32,000 nucleotides of DNA from Polynucleobacter sp. MWH-Svant-W18 (GTDB lineage Bacteria > Pseudomonadota > Gammaproteobacteria > Burkholderiales > Burkholderiaceae), in NCBI RefSeq assembly GCF_018687495.1, contig NZ_CP061293.1, positions 1,721,242-1,753,241 on the forward strand, read 5' to 3'. The first letter of the stretch is position 1, and each line of letters opens with the position of its first letter. Below are positions 16,870 to 24,822 of the stretch, one piece after another. The position numbers and the translations under genes were made by a program. The notes under the pieces were generated by a model. It was not told the origin of the DNA. It did no database searches and saw only the letters and a program-made list of their open reading frames with translations.

Positions 16870-16911
16870 TGGTGGCCCGGGGCGGAATCGACCAGGGCCT
16901 AGGATGACTGA
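16870..16911 (-). repeat. 42-bp direct repeat R1 containing a collapsed tRNA-Phe
   Basis: The first 22 nt are identical to the tRNA-Phe 3' end (TGGTGGCCCGGGGCGGAATCGA). They are followed by CCAGGGCC, which resembles the tRNA 5' terminus CCAGGCC. 40/42 identity to 17931..17972. Confidence 0.85.
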
Positions 16912-16919
16912 TCCAATCC

Positions 16920-17429
16920 TTACATTGAAAACAATAATCCCACTGAAAGCCCGATTACCCTCTCGGCACCACCACTCATGCCGTAGGTATAACTAGGACT
17001 TAGATACCACCCGACTTTCTTTGTTGTCCAAAACATAAAATCTGCGACGAAGGAAACTCCTGATTGAAGGCCACTACTGGGGGAGCTTGTTTTCCTCCAG
17101 ATAGCAGGCCCTAAGCCTACGCCAAGCTCAATATCGGATGCCAACTCAAATGGTTTTTTAAAGATGATTTGGGCGCCGAGCTCTTTTGGATTGGATGTAC
17201 TCAGATACTGCGTTTCCACCTCAATTTCTAATTGATGTTCAATCGCCGTAAATTCAACAGCCAATGAAGTGCCATAGGCTTTTGAACCATCTACTGTATT
17301 TTTCTCCATTGCGGGACCTACCAACAAAATCAGTGTACGGTCATCAATAGACTCTTCCGCATTTACTACTGCGCTATAAATACTGGAGACTAAAGCCAAG
17401 GCAAACAAAACAACTTTGATCGCTTTCAT
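16920..17429 (-). CDS. secreted protein, possible small outer-membrane beta-barrel
   Basis: 169 aa with a signal peptide (ALVSSIYSAVVNA). Alternating hydrophobic strands, with Gly- and aromatic-rich segments toward the C-terminus. Confidence 0.55.
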   Translation of the reverse strand: MKAIKVVLFALALVSSIYSAVVNAEESIDDRTLILLVGPAMEKNTVDGSKAYGTSLAVEFTAIEHQLEIEVETQYLSTSNPKELGAQIIFKKPFELASDIELGVGLGPAIWRKTSSPSSGLQSGVSFVADFMFWTTKKVGWYLSPSYTYGMSGGAERVIGLSVGLLFSM

Positions 17430-17490
17430 ATAAAACCCTAAACAAATGTGTGATGCTCAATCGCAATAGATTGAGTACGGAGCTATTTGT

Positions 17491-17856
17491 TTAAGCGCTT
17501 CTGGGCGGATACTCGATGAAAGCAGGAAAAGATTGAATCAGAAAAATTGGCTCAGAAAAAATATGGCCAGAGGAGTGAATTACCACTTGCCCGCCCTCGA
17601 AGCTCACCATCCCTATTACTGAAATATGATGACATTGATGGTCACTAGAGTGCTCATCCAAATCACTAGAGCCCGCTTGAACCTGATGATCATCGTGGGC
17701 TATTTGAAATAAGCCATTGCTAGATTGATCATCATTCCAAGCAATTTGGACCACACCTTCCTGAGCTTGATGTGATTGCTCGTGAGCCATCCCGAACACA
17801 GGCATAAAAGCTGTATTGAATAAAAAGATGAGGGTGGCAATAGACATCAAACGCAT
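17491..17856 (-). CDS. His-rich small exported protein, distant member of the P-P-R/K-tail family
   Basis: 121 aa with a hydrophobic N-terminus. His-rich stretches (HEQSHQAQ, HDDHQVQ, DEHSSDHQCHH). The C-terminus FIEYPPRSA matches 152, 1956 and 3495. Reminiscent of CzcI-type metal-resistance accessory proteins (recall only). Confidence 0.5.
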   Translation of the reverse strand: MRLMSIATLIFLFNTAFMPVFGMAHEQSHQAQEGVVQIAWNDDQSSNGLFQIAHDDHQVQAGSSDLDEHSSDHQCHHISVIGMVSFEGGQVVIHSSGHIFSEPIFLIQSFPAFIEYPPRSA

Positions 17857-17894
17857 AGCTTGATTCTAAGTGAATCTAATTAGTCGAACCGCAA

Positions 17895-17927
17895 ATGAAA
17901 AAACCACCCGAGGGTGGTTTTGGTGTT
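17895..17927 (-). terminator. bidirectional terminator after arsC
   Basis: AAACCACC-CGAG-GGTGGTTT flanked by an A-run and a T-run. Confidence 0.7.
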
Positions 17928-17930
17928 TCT

Positions 17931-17972
17931 TGGTGGCCCGGGGCGGAATCGACCAGGGCCGAGGATGTCTGA
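17931..17972 (-). repeat. 42-bp direct repeat R2 containing a collapsed tRNA-Phe
   Basis: See 16870..16911. The two mismatches are at repeat positions 31 and 38. Confidence 0.85.
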
Positions 17973-17985
17973 CTCTAGTTAAGAA

Positions 17986-18465
17986 TTAGGCCTTGGTATG
18001 AATCTCTTTTAAGCTCATTGAGTCCAGCTTTTCTAACGGCATAGACGCTAAAAGCTCGATACGCTTTTTCAAACCAATCATGACATCTTTGAAGGCTCGC
18101 TTCTTATCTTCGTCTGTCCCTTGAACTTGTGATGGATCAGGAAAGCCCCAATGAGCTGTCGCTGGGTTACCGGGCCATACTGGACAGACTTCACCGGCGG
18201 CATTGTCACAAACAGTCACAATGAAATCCATCTTGGGGGCATCGGGCAGGCCATACTCATCCCAACTCTTACTTCTCAACTTGCTTTGATCGTATCCCAT
18301 TTCTTTAGTCAATTCAGCCGCAAATGGGTTGACTGAAGTGCCAGGAGTTGATCCTGCGGAATAACCAACAAATAATCCACTTTGATGTGTAGATGCCAAA
18401 GCCTCTCCCAATACTGAGCGAGCGGAGTTGTGGGTACATAGAAAGAGAATGTTGTATTGCTTCAT
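17986..18465 (-). CDS. arsC: arsenate reductase, LMW-phosphatase (thioredoxin-coupled) type
   Basis: 159 aa. Has the CTHNSARS P-loop (C-x5-R-S) and VCDNAAGEVCP, the second Cys pair. Confidence 0.9.
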   Translation of the reverse strand: MKQYNILFLCTHNSARSVLGEALASTHQSGLFVGYSAGSTPGTSVNPFAAELTKEMGYDQSKLRSKSWDEYGLPDAPKMDFIVTVCDNAAGEVCPVWPGNPATAHWGFPDPSQVQGTDEDKKRAFKDVMIGLKKRIELLASMPLEKLDSMSLKEIHTKA

Positions 18466-18528
18466 TTGGCTTAGATCCTACTTTTTGTTGTTTGATATTT
18501 GATTGTACGGAATCTATTTTGCTAATCT

Positions 18529-19281
18529 ATGACAGTTTTATTACAGCCAGTTACTCATTACACTCTACCTATGACCGACCTTCCTAATATCGACAAAGCA
18601 CTATTTCAAAATCCTTACCTTGAACAGCTTCAAGCTGGCGCTCCGTTAAATCATCCTCCTAAGATATTGCTGTTGTATGGCTCATTGAGAGAAAGATCGT
18701 TTAGTCGCCTTTTAGCAGAAGAAGCGGAACGCATATTAAAGGCGATGGGCTGTGAGACTAAGTTTTTTAATCCTCATGGATTGCCGCAAGTAGATGACGC
18801 TCCCGAAACACATCCCAAAGTAGTAGAACTCAGAGGACTTGTAGAGTGGTCAGAGGGAATGATTTGGAGTAGTCCAGAGCGCCATGGCGCTATGACAGGG
18901 CTGATGAAATCTCAAATCGATTGGATACCACTTAGCGTTGGCGCTGTCAGACCCTCTCAAGGCAAAACTTTAGCTTTATTACAAGTGAGCGGTGGTTCGC
19001 AATCTTTTAATGCGCTCAATCAAATGCGAATTCTAGGTAGATGGATGAGGATGATCACAATTCCCAATCAATCGTCAGTGCCCAAAGCATTTCTAGAGTT
19101 TGAGGATAACAATCGCATGAAACCTTCGGCCAATTACGATCGAGTAGTTGATGTCATGGAAGAGCTTGTTAAATTTACCTTATTGACTCGCTCAGTTTCA
19201 ACTTATTTGACCGATCGCTACAGTGAGCGAAAAGAGTCGGCCGAGGAATTATCAAAGCGGGTTAATCAAAGAGCTATTTGA
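18529..19281 (+). CDS. arsH: NADPH-dependent FMN reductase ArsH
   Basis: Contains [45 protein letters not shown] and the ArsH-specific C-terminal extension. The start may instead be Met15 (18571). Confidence 0.9.
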   Translation: MTVLLQPVTHYTLPMTDLPNIDKALFQNPYLEQLQAGAPLNHPPKILLLYGSLRERSFSRLLAEEAERILKAMGCETKFFNPHGLPQVDDAPETHPKVVELRGLVEWSEGMIWSSPERHGAMTGLMKSQIDWIPLSVGAVRPSQGKTLALLQVSGGSQSFNALNQMRILGRWMRMITIPNQSSVPKAFLEFEDNNRMKPSANYDRVVDVMEELVKFTLLTRSVSTYLTDRYSERKESAEELSKRVNQRAI

Positions 19282-19288
19282 TTGAATT

Positions 19289-19349
19289 GTCGTTTTAAAC
19301 GACATCTACTGACACAGGGATGTCTAATTGCTTCGTCCTTTAAAAGGAC
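19289..19349. repeat. 61-bp composite three-hairpin element, copy 3
   Basis: GTCGTTTTAAACGAC..TACTGACACAGGGATGTC..GTCCTTTAAAAGGAC, 8 nt after the arsH stop. Confidence 0.8.
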
Positions 19350-19397
19350 AGTTCATGATGGGGATATCCGGCTCTTATGGTGGCTAATCCAGCCCGC

Positions 19398-19430
19398 CCA
19401 AAAGAAAATGCCCCGCATGAGCAGGGCATT
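19398..19430 (-). terminator. tRNA-Phe terminator (bidirectional)
   Basis: AATGCCC-N10-GGGCATT. On the minus strand it is followed by TTTCTTTTG. Confidence 0.75.
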
Positions 19431-19439
19431 ATTTGAATT

Positions 19440-19515
19440 TGGTGGCCCGGGGCGGAATCGAACCACCGACACAAGGATTTTCAATCCTCTGCTCTACCGA
19501 CTGAGCTACCAGGCC
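19440..19515 (-). tRNA. tRNA-Phe (GAA)
   Basis: The reverse complement GGCCTGGTAGCTCAGTCGGTAGAGCAGAGGATTGAAAATCCTTGTGTCGGTGGTTCGATTCCGCCCCGGGCCACCA folds into a cloverleaf by hand. Features: 7-bp acceptor stem with one G-U, anticodon loop TTGAAAA, encoded CCA. Confidence 0.95.
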
Positions 19516-19644
19516 AAGACTTGGAATTATAGCGGAACTGTTTTTAAGCTGTCTAAATGTGTCCACTGTGGTTAACTCTTCTAAAAAGCTATTGATCCTG
19601 CGGCTTGGTGGGGATTTTCTATCCTGTCTGCGGTAAGCGTTGCG

Positions 19645-19689
19645 TAGAGGATAACTAATCCTCTATCTATCGAGGCTTGATATGAGCGG
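19645..19689. repeat. junction repeat A (hairpin plus ATCCTCTATCTATCGAGGCTTGA)
   Basis: TAGAGGAT-AACTA-ATCCTCTA hairpin. 19658..19680 matches 22606..22628 at 22/23 positions and resembles the tRNA-Phe segment ATCCTCTGCTCTACCGA. Confidence 0.7.
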
Positions 19690-19720
19690 CCGCTAACGAC
19701 CCAAAGCAGCCGTTAAAGAC

Positions 19721-21766
19721 TTAAAACTTAAACCTTAATTCAGCGCCACCACCGTATTCATGACCATATGTGTTGTATGAGGCAACAACACCTATGCGTG
19801 CAGAAATTTCTTTCGTAATTCCGCCTTGAATACCCAAGCCCACCATATTAGAAACTGGTCCCATGTTAGCGCCGACTTGAGCAAATGATTGGGTATTGCC
19901 GTTAAAGGAAGTGGTTGCTGTCACTGTATGAGCTGAAGCGCTGTTGGCATACCAGTCATAACCAAACTTATAAAACCCAATTAAAGACAGTGGGTCATTT
20001 GTACCCTTTAGTAGCGGGTAAATAAAATCTGCTCCAGCAAATGTCACTGCAGTGTAAGCGGTTGCTGAATTAATACCGTAGTTAAAGGTATTACCACCCT
20101 GCTCACTTGCGCCACCCATCCAGAGCTGCGAGTAAGAAGCTCCTAGAAATGGTGACACAGTAAAGTTTTGAGCTTGATATGCTTTAGCCAGCTTTGCAGC
20201 TGCATATACTCCATTAGATTTAAATGAGCTAGTTGCATTACCGCCGACTAAATCTCCCACATTGGGAGCGCTTCTATTGGCATTGGTGCTGCCATACATA
20301 TATCCCAAAGCTCCAGAGAGCTTTACTTGCTCAGCAAAATTGAGCGCACCATATAAGCCAGCATAAAAGTTCGTTGTGTTGAAATTTTGAGTAACCTGCT
20401 GACTCTCAGTCATCGATGTACTACCGGTGCCTGCAAAAACGCCGAATCCGCCATCCTTAGAGCGCTTAATGTCACCACCAAAAATAACGTCATACAAGTT
20501 ATATCCAAAGCCAGCAAGGTTGTTGTAATTATTTACTGTTCCCTTAACTGCCGCAGCATCAGCCCAGATATAGCGACCTTCGTCATCTTGATAAACCTTG
20601 GTGGATGGTGATGCACTCATTGGTGCATGGATGCGGTCCATTACAGTATTGGTAATGTGCGCCATTTGCTCAAGTCCAATAGTCATATTAGATGAGTAAC
20701 CTTCAGCGTGAACGTTTTGCAACTGATTTACTTGAGCTTGCGTTAAACCACTGACCGCTGAACCTATTGTTACCCCATTGGATTGCACAGTGGCATTGGC
20801 TGCTTGGCCAGCAAATACATACGCTAAATTTGTACCGGCACTACTTCCAGCAACTACTGGCGATGCGGCGACTGTCTTAGTTGTTTGTAAATCCCAAGTA
20901 GTTCCTGATGAATTATTTAAAACCCATGAAGTAGTAACCAGGCCGCCGACAAAAGCGCCAGTAGTGGTGGCTGTATTGATATTTAAAGCAGAAAATCCAT
21001 TCAAAACTGAACCATAGGTAGTTGTATTGAGTGGAATAGTTGATTGTGAAGCGATCCCAAAATCCATTGTCCCAGAACCCGATTGAAGACGTATCTGACC
21101 ATAATCAGTTGGACTATTAATGATTACATTGTATGTACCCGGAAGTTTCCCGTTATAAAAAAGGGAGCCATTTGAATTGTTAATTACCCCAATTGTTCCT
21201 CCATTCTGGATTCCTTCTACTCCACCACTGATTCTCCCTGTATTGGTGATAGTGTTGATTGTCCCTGCGTTGGCGATACCATAAGTGGAACCAGATCCAA
21301 TTACTCCCGAATTGATGATCGATCCAATATAACCCCCCGCTTGGTTTTGAATAGCATTGCCCCCAGTTGGCGTTATGGATCCAGCATTAGTTAGGGTCGT
21401 AATTGAGCCAGATGGCCCGACGGTAACACCACCGGAACCAGTAAAGCTGCCAATCGTCCCGTTATTCACAAAATTCCCTACTGGAGTACCAATAGCAACT
21501 GAAGCAGTAGAGCCAGAATTAATTGTTCCATTATTAATAAATGATGAAAATGTTCCGCCAGTCGTAACCCTCACGGAGTAGATCCCCGTTGAACTAATGG
21601 CAAAATCATTAACAAGCACACCTGCATTTGAATTGATTACCAAGTTTGTGCAGTTAGCAGTTGGGCTTGTATTGTCAGTACAAGATACCGCTAAGCTGAT
21701 ATTGGCGTAGCCAACTCCAAAGGCAATCAATGCTGCTTGTATTAGGGACAGTAATTTTATTTTCAT
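19721..21766 (-). CDS. autotransporter (type Va secretion) protein
   Basis: 681 aa with a signal peptide. The Gly/Asn/Thr-rich passenger has repeated G-x-I-x-N-x-G-T-I units. The C-terminal beta-barrel ends in ELRFKF. Confidence 0.85.
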   Translation of the reverse strand: MKIKLLSLIQAALIAFGVGYANISLAVSCTDNTSPTANCTNLVINSNAGVLVNDFAISSTGIYSVRVTTGGTFSSFINNGTINSGSTASVAIGTPVGNFVNNGTIGSFTGSGGVTVGPSGSITTLTNAGSITPTGGNAIQNQAGGYIGSIINSGVIGSGSTYGIANAGTINTITNTGRISGGVEGIQNGGTIGVINNSNGSLFYNGKLPGTYNVIINSPTDYGQIRLQSGSGTMDFGIASQSTIPLNTTTYGSVLNGFSALNINTATTTGAFVGGLVTTSWVLNNSSGTTWDLQTTKTVAASPVVAGSSAGTNLAYVFAGQAANATVQSNGVTIGSAVSGLTQAQVNQLQNVHAEGYSSNMTIGLEQMAHITNTVMDRIHAPMSASPSTKVYQDDEGRYIWADAAAVKGTVNNYNNLAGFGYNLYDVIFGGDIKRSKDGGFGVFAGTGSTSMTESQQVTQNFNTTNFYAGLYGALNFAEQVKLSGALGYMYGSTNANRSAPNVGDLVGGNATSSFKSNGVYAAAKLAKAYQAQNFTVSPFLGASYSQLWMGGASEQGGNTFNYGINSATAYTAVTFAGADFIYPLLKGTNDPLSLIGFYKFGYDWYANSASAHTVTATTSFNGNTQSFAQVGANMGPVSNMVGLGIQGGITKEISARIGVVASYNTYGHEYGGGAELRFKF

Positions 21767-21771
21767 TATAT

Positions 21772-22146
21772 TTACTCGTTTTTATAAACATTAACTATGC
21801 CACCACAAGCGGCAAAACATTGCCTGTAGGATTCATCACAATTCCAATAGTTTGGATTGACTGAACAATACTGTGGATTAGGATTACATTTTTTTACGTC
21901 ATCATGACTTTGCGCACGGTTTACGCAAGCCTGATAGCTGAAGCTATTTTGCTGATGGCAGGTATTTACATTTGCTTGCGCTTGGGCTTGAGCACCGTTA
22001 TAGCAAACATTCTTAGTATTCATGCACTGGACCGCACAAGTCTTTCCAGACTCACTGTGCGGAGCAATATATTCGTAGCGATAGGTAGTACAGGAACCAA
22101 GCAATAAGACTGCTAAACAGGATGCTGTAAGTAGCTTAATATTCAT
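21772..22146 (-). CDS. Cys-rich lipoprotein
   Basis: 124 aa with the lipobox LLGSC and 11 further Cys. 5-nt gap to the autotransporter gene. Confidence 0.6.
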   Translation of the reverse strand: MNIKLLTASCLAVLLLGSCTTYRYEYIAPHSESGKTCAVQCMNTKNVCYNGAQAQAQANVNTCHQQNSFSYQACVNRAQSHDDVKKCNPNPQYCSVNPNYWNCDESYRQCFAACGGIVNVYKNE

Positions 22147-22182
22147 GCAGATAGATCATTATTAGAATTGAAGGTATTTTAT

Positions 22183-22515
22183 ATGTTTAGAGTCCTATTC
22201 GCCCTACATTTGTGCATATCCTTACCTGTTTTAGCGCTAGAAAAGGCTCAGGGTGTTGTTTACTGTCATGGCAAAACTGTTCTAGAGTACCGACCAGTCA
22301 ACCCTGAGAAGGATGGAACTGCGTCTGATGTTGATTTGACCGTTAATGGCAAGACCTTTCGCTTCATGACAGCCTACTCTTGGTTCGGGGCTAATCAAGC
22401 AGCTCCCAAGGGATTCAAGTTCGCAATTCTTGGTGAAAAGCAATTTGATCCGTTGCTAGTATTTGATGGCTACCTTGTAGATGCCAATAAGAATAAATAC
22501 ATTAAGTGCAATTAA
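22183..22515 (+). CDS. small secreted protein
   Basis: The ATG at 22183 is preceded by GAAGG. Signal peptide MFRVLFALHLCISLPVLA. The track start at 22168 is a TTG. Confidence 0.55.
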   Translation: MFRVLFALHLCISLPVLALEKAQGVVYCHGKTVLEYRPVNPEKDGTASDVDLTVNGKTFRFMTAYSWFGANQAAPKGFKFAILGEKQFDPLLVFDGYLVDANKNKYIKCN

Positions 22516-22548
22516 TGTCTGTCTCTTATTGGCCGATAGCTGCCATTG

Positions 22549-22639
22549 AGCGTCCCATAACTAGACGCCGAATAAATATGTTCCATTTAGAACAGGTAAT
22601 TAACTATCCTCTATCTAACGAGGCTTGACAGGATGAGGG
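22549..22639. repeat. junction repeat B (left boundary of the nuclease/protease cassette)
   Basis: 22549..22597 (AGCGTCCCATAACTAGACGCC...TTCCATTTAGAACA) is homologous to 29535..29580. 22606..22639 (ATCCTCTATCTAACGAGGCTTGACAGGATGAGGG) matches repeat A. Confidence 0.7.
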
Positions 22640-22648
22640 TAGCCTGAA

Positions 22649-22837
22649 TTATTTAATTGCCATATCAATAAGTTGCTTGGTATCGCTATCTATTGCTCGC
22701 GCCTTTTTAATCCAGCTTTGGCTACTCAGACAAGCATCAAGCATTCGCTTTACGGCAGCAGGATGGCTAGCACAATCTGCAAATCTAAGCCAAACTCCAC
22801 TATCAGCTTGATACTCAATTATTGCTGTTGTACTCAT
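22649..22837 (-). CDS. small hypothetical protein (last gene of cassette)
   Basis: 62-aa ORF, same strand as the cluster and 40 nt downstream of it. No motif. Confidence 0.4.
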   Translation of the reverse strand: MSTTAIIEYQADSGVWLRFADCASHPAAVKRMLDACLSSQSWIKKARAIDSDTKQLIDMAIK

Positions 22838-22877
22838 ATGAATCCTTCTTCAGCAGTGGAACATTAATGCTCAGAGC

Positions 22878-23312
22878 CTATAGAGGATATCTCTCGCCTA
22901 TTTCTGCTTGCAAAATTCCAGCTTCAGTTAATCTGAATTTATTTTTTAGCCCAATTAAATAGTCCGAATTAAATTCCTTCATTTCTCTCGGTATTGTCTT
23001 GGGATCTTTCGCAATCTTGATTAAGGCATAGGCTGGAGTGCCAGATTTAATCAAATCAATATGTCTGATTCTTTCATTTCTAGCGGTTGACGCTTCACTC
23101 ACTCCACTCCAAAGTTTTTCATCCCATAAAACATCCACCCAAGTTGGGGACTTTGGGTCCTTAGGGTCATCCCGCTTGATCTCATCTTGCCAAATGGACA
23201 AATAAACAGCGGATCCATCTGACTTGACTGCACCCCAGCTCCAACGATTATTGACCATAGGAGCTTCTAATTTATTTTCAAAAAACTCGGTGAGACTCAG
23301 TATTGATGCCAT
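22878..23312 (-). CDS. hypothetical protein
   Basis: 144-aa ORF with beta-rich patterning (NNRWSWGAV, VYLSIWQDE, AYALIKIAKD). Family not recognised. Confidence 0.5.
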   Translation of the reverse strand: MASILSLTEFFENKLEAPMVNNRWSWGAVKSDGSAVYLSIWQDEIKRDDPKDPKSPTWVDVLWDEKLWSGVSEASTARNERIRHIDLIKSGTPAYALIKIAKDPKTIPREMKEFNSDYLIGLKNKFRLTEAGILQAEIGERYPL

Positions 23313-23343
23313 GCTTCATATCCAATCTTAGAAATTTAACAAG

Positions 23344-23763
23344 TTAAGATTTATATAGGGCAAATACATCAAACGCCACCTTATATTTGTCTAAATCTTT
23401 TTTGCCTTCATTCTGAAATTGAGCAATCTCTTTTCCAACAAGCTCCATCAATTGTTGAATCTCTGAGCTCGTAATTTCATCTGGCGGCATATATCCCTCA
23501 GGATTCATTACATAAAAATTTTCTCTGTAAAAATCATCCTTTTCATGGCGAATTGAGCATCTAATTAAAGTGGGTACATTTGGGTCTGGCTCATAATTTG
23601 CAAATCCATCGATCATCGCTTGAGATAAGTCTAGAATGATTTTCTCATTAATATTAGAGCCTAAATTAAATTCGCACTCCAGAGCAATTTCGTTATTGTC
23701 AACCGCCTTACTCATTCTTTTAGACAACTTGGTTACTAATTCTGCGTCGCTATAGCCACTCAT
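23344..23763 (-). CDS. hypothetical protein
   Basis: 139-aa ORF. No recognised motif. Confidence 0.5.
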   Translation of the reverse strand: MSGYSDAELVTKLSKRMSKAVDNNEIALECEFNLGSNINEKIILDLSQAMIDGFANYEPDPNVPTLIRCSIRHEKDDFYRENFYVMNPEGYMPPDEITSSEIQQLMELVGKEIAQFQNEGKKDLDKYKVAFDVFALYKS

Positions 23764-23859
23764 AAATATCCCTTCTTACTTTTTTAGTTAATTTTTTCTA
23801 CTTAACGCTATGAATGTGTCATATGCCGATGGAACTCAAAACAGGGAATTTTATTTAAA

Positions 23860-24795
23860 TTAATCAAAGAAAATATCGTCTTTATCCTGCCGCATTCCAG
23901 CCATAAAAGCGCCAGCAAATTTCTCTAAGGTAGTAACAAATGCTTTTGTATCAATACCAAACTGGGTAGATAAAAAGTATCTGCCGTAAAGGTAGAAACC
24001 ATCAGATTCTGATCCAGCTGCAAAAAACTGAGGGCGAGCAATTGTAGAATTCAGTAAATTGATAAAGCTATACATATCTACCTCGCTCACGCCTGGCTTA
24101 ACGCCAGCATAAGTATGAAATTGAAGTAGGTTTGTATCGGCATCAAATGTCATGAAAGTACCAAATTCAATATGATCATTTGAGACATATAGATCTTGAT
24201 CATCATCTAATGATGGCGCAAAACCAGCATCATCTAATACCTTTTTCAAAGCCTCAATACAAATATCGCCTGAATTAATAAAATTTTCATTTTTCATATT
24301 TTCTTTTCCTTTTTCTAGAATTTTTATAGCGCCCTCATAATCTATTTCACCATTTGCAATGCCAACTATTGATGGAGCCAGAAACTCAATGTATTCACTC
24401 ATTTCATCCAACATCTTATTGAGCTCGCTACCAATATCCTCAACACCCTTCTCCAAAGCCTCAATAGATCGTGCATGAATATAATTTAAAACTCCTGATT
24501 TAGAAAAATATAAATTTCCTTCATCTTTCCTAAAGTGGAGACAAAGATCGATAATTTCTTGTGTTGCCTTTTCAGGAATACTAAATCTAACTGTGCCAAC
24601 CAATGTCAACATTCCCTCCTCATCCCCATCTGCCTCATCTGCGATTAACAAGCAGTCAAGACCATACTCGCCTCCTGCAGCATATCCAAAGGATAGACTG
24701 GAGCCTTTTCCATCCTCCCTTTCCTCTGGCCTCTCCTCCCATCCAATAGCTTCAAGCCACTTAATTATTTCTTTTTTTATTACTTTCCTAGCCAT
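23860..24795 (-). CDS. tandem YbjN-like (T3SS-chaperone-like fold) protein
   Basis: The ATG at 24795 is preceded by GGGGAG (the track start at 24810 lacks an SD). There are two repeats of the YbjN pattern. The C-terminal half (ALKKVLDDAGF..DLYVSNDHIEFGTFMTFDADTNLLQFHTYAGV..MYSFINLLNS..YLYGRYFLSTQFGID) is the clearer match. Confidence 0.45.
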   Translation of the reverse strand: MARKVIKKEIIKWLEAIGWEERPEEREDGKGSSLSFGYAAGGEYGLDCLLIADEADGDEEGMLTLVGTVRFSIPEKATQEIIDLCLHFRKDEGNLYFSKSGVLNYIHARSIEALEKGVEDIGSELNKMLDEMSEYIEFLAPSIVGIANGEIDYEGAIKILEKGKENMKNENFINSGDICIEALKKVLDDAGFAPSLDDDQDLYVSNDHIEFGTFMTFDADTNLLQFHTYAGVKPGVSEVDMYSFINLLNSTIARPQFFAAGSESDGFYLYGRYFLSTQFGIDTKAFVTTLEKFAGAFMAGMRQDKDDIFFD

Positions 24796-24822
24796 ATACT
24801 CCCCAATCATAGAAAACTATTA

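Noticed and set aside
16870-16899. Mini tRNA-like sequences at 16870 and 17931 as functional RNAs
   Set aside because: They lack D and anticodon arms, being 22 nt of the 3' end joined to about 8 nt resembling the 5' end. They are more simply explained as recombination scars, so I report them as repeats only.
19282-19575. 97-aa plus-strand ORF in the track
   Set aside because: It reads straight through the 61-bp composite repeat, the terminator hairpin and the complement of the tRNA-Phe gene. It has no SD and is an artefact of an open frame over RNA and repeat sequence.
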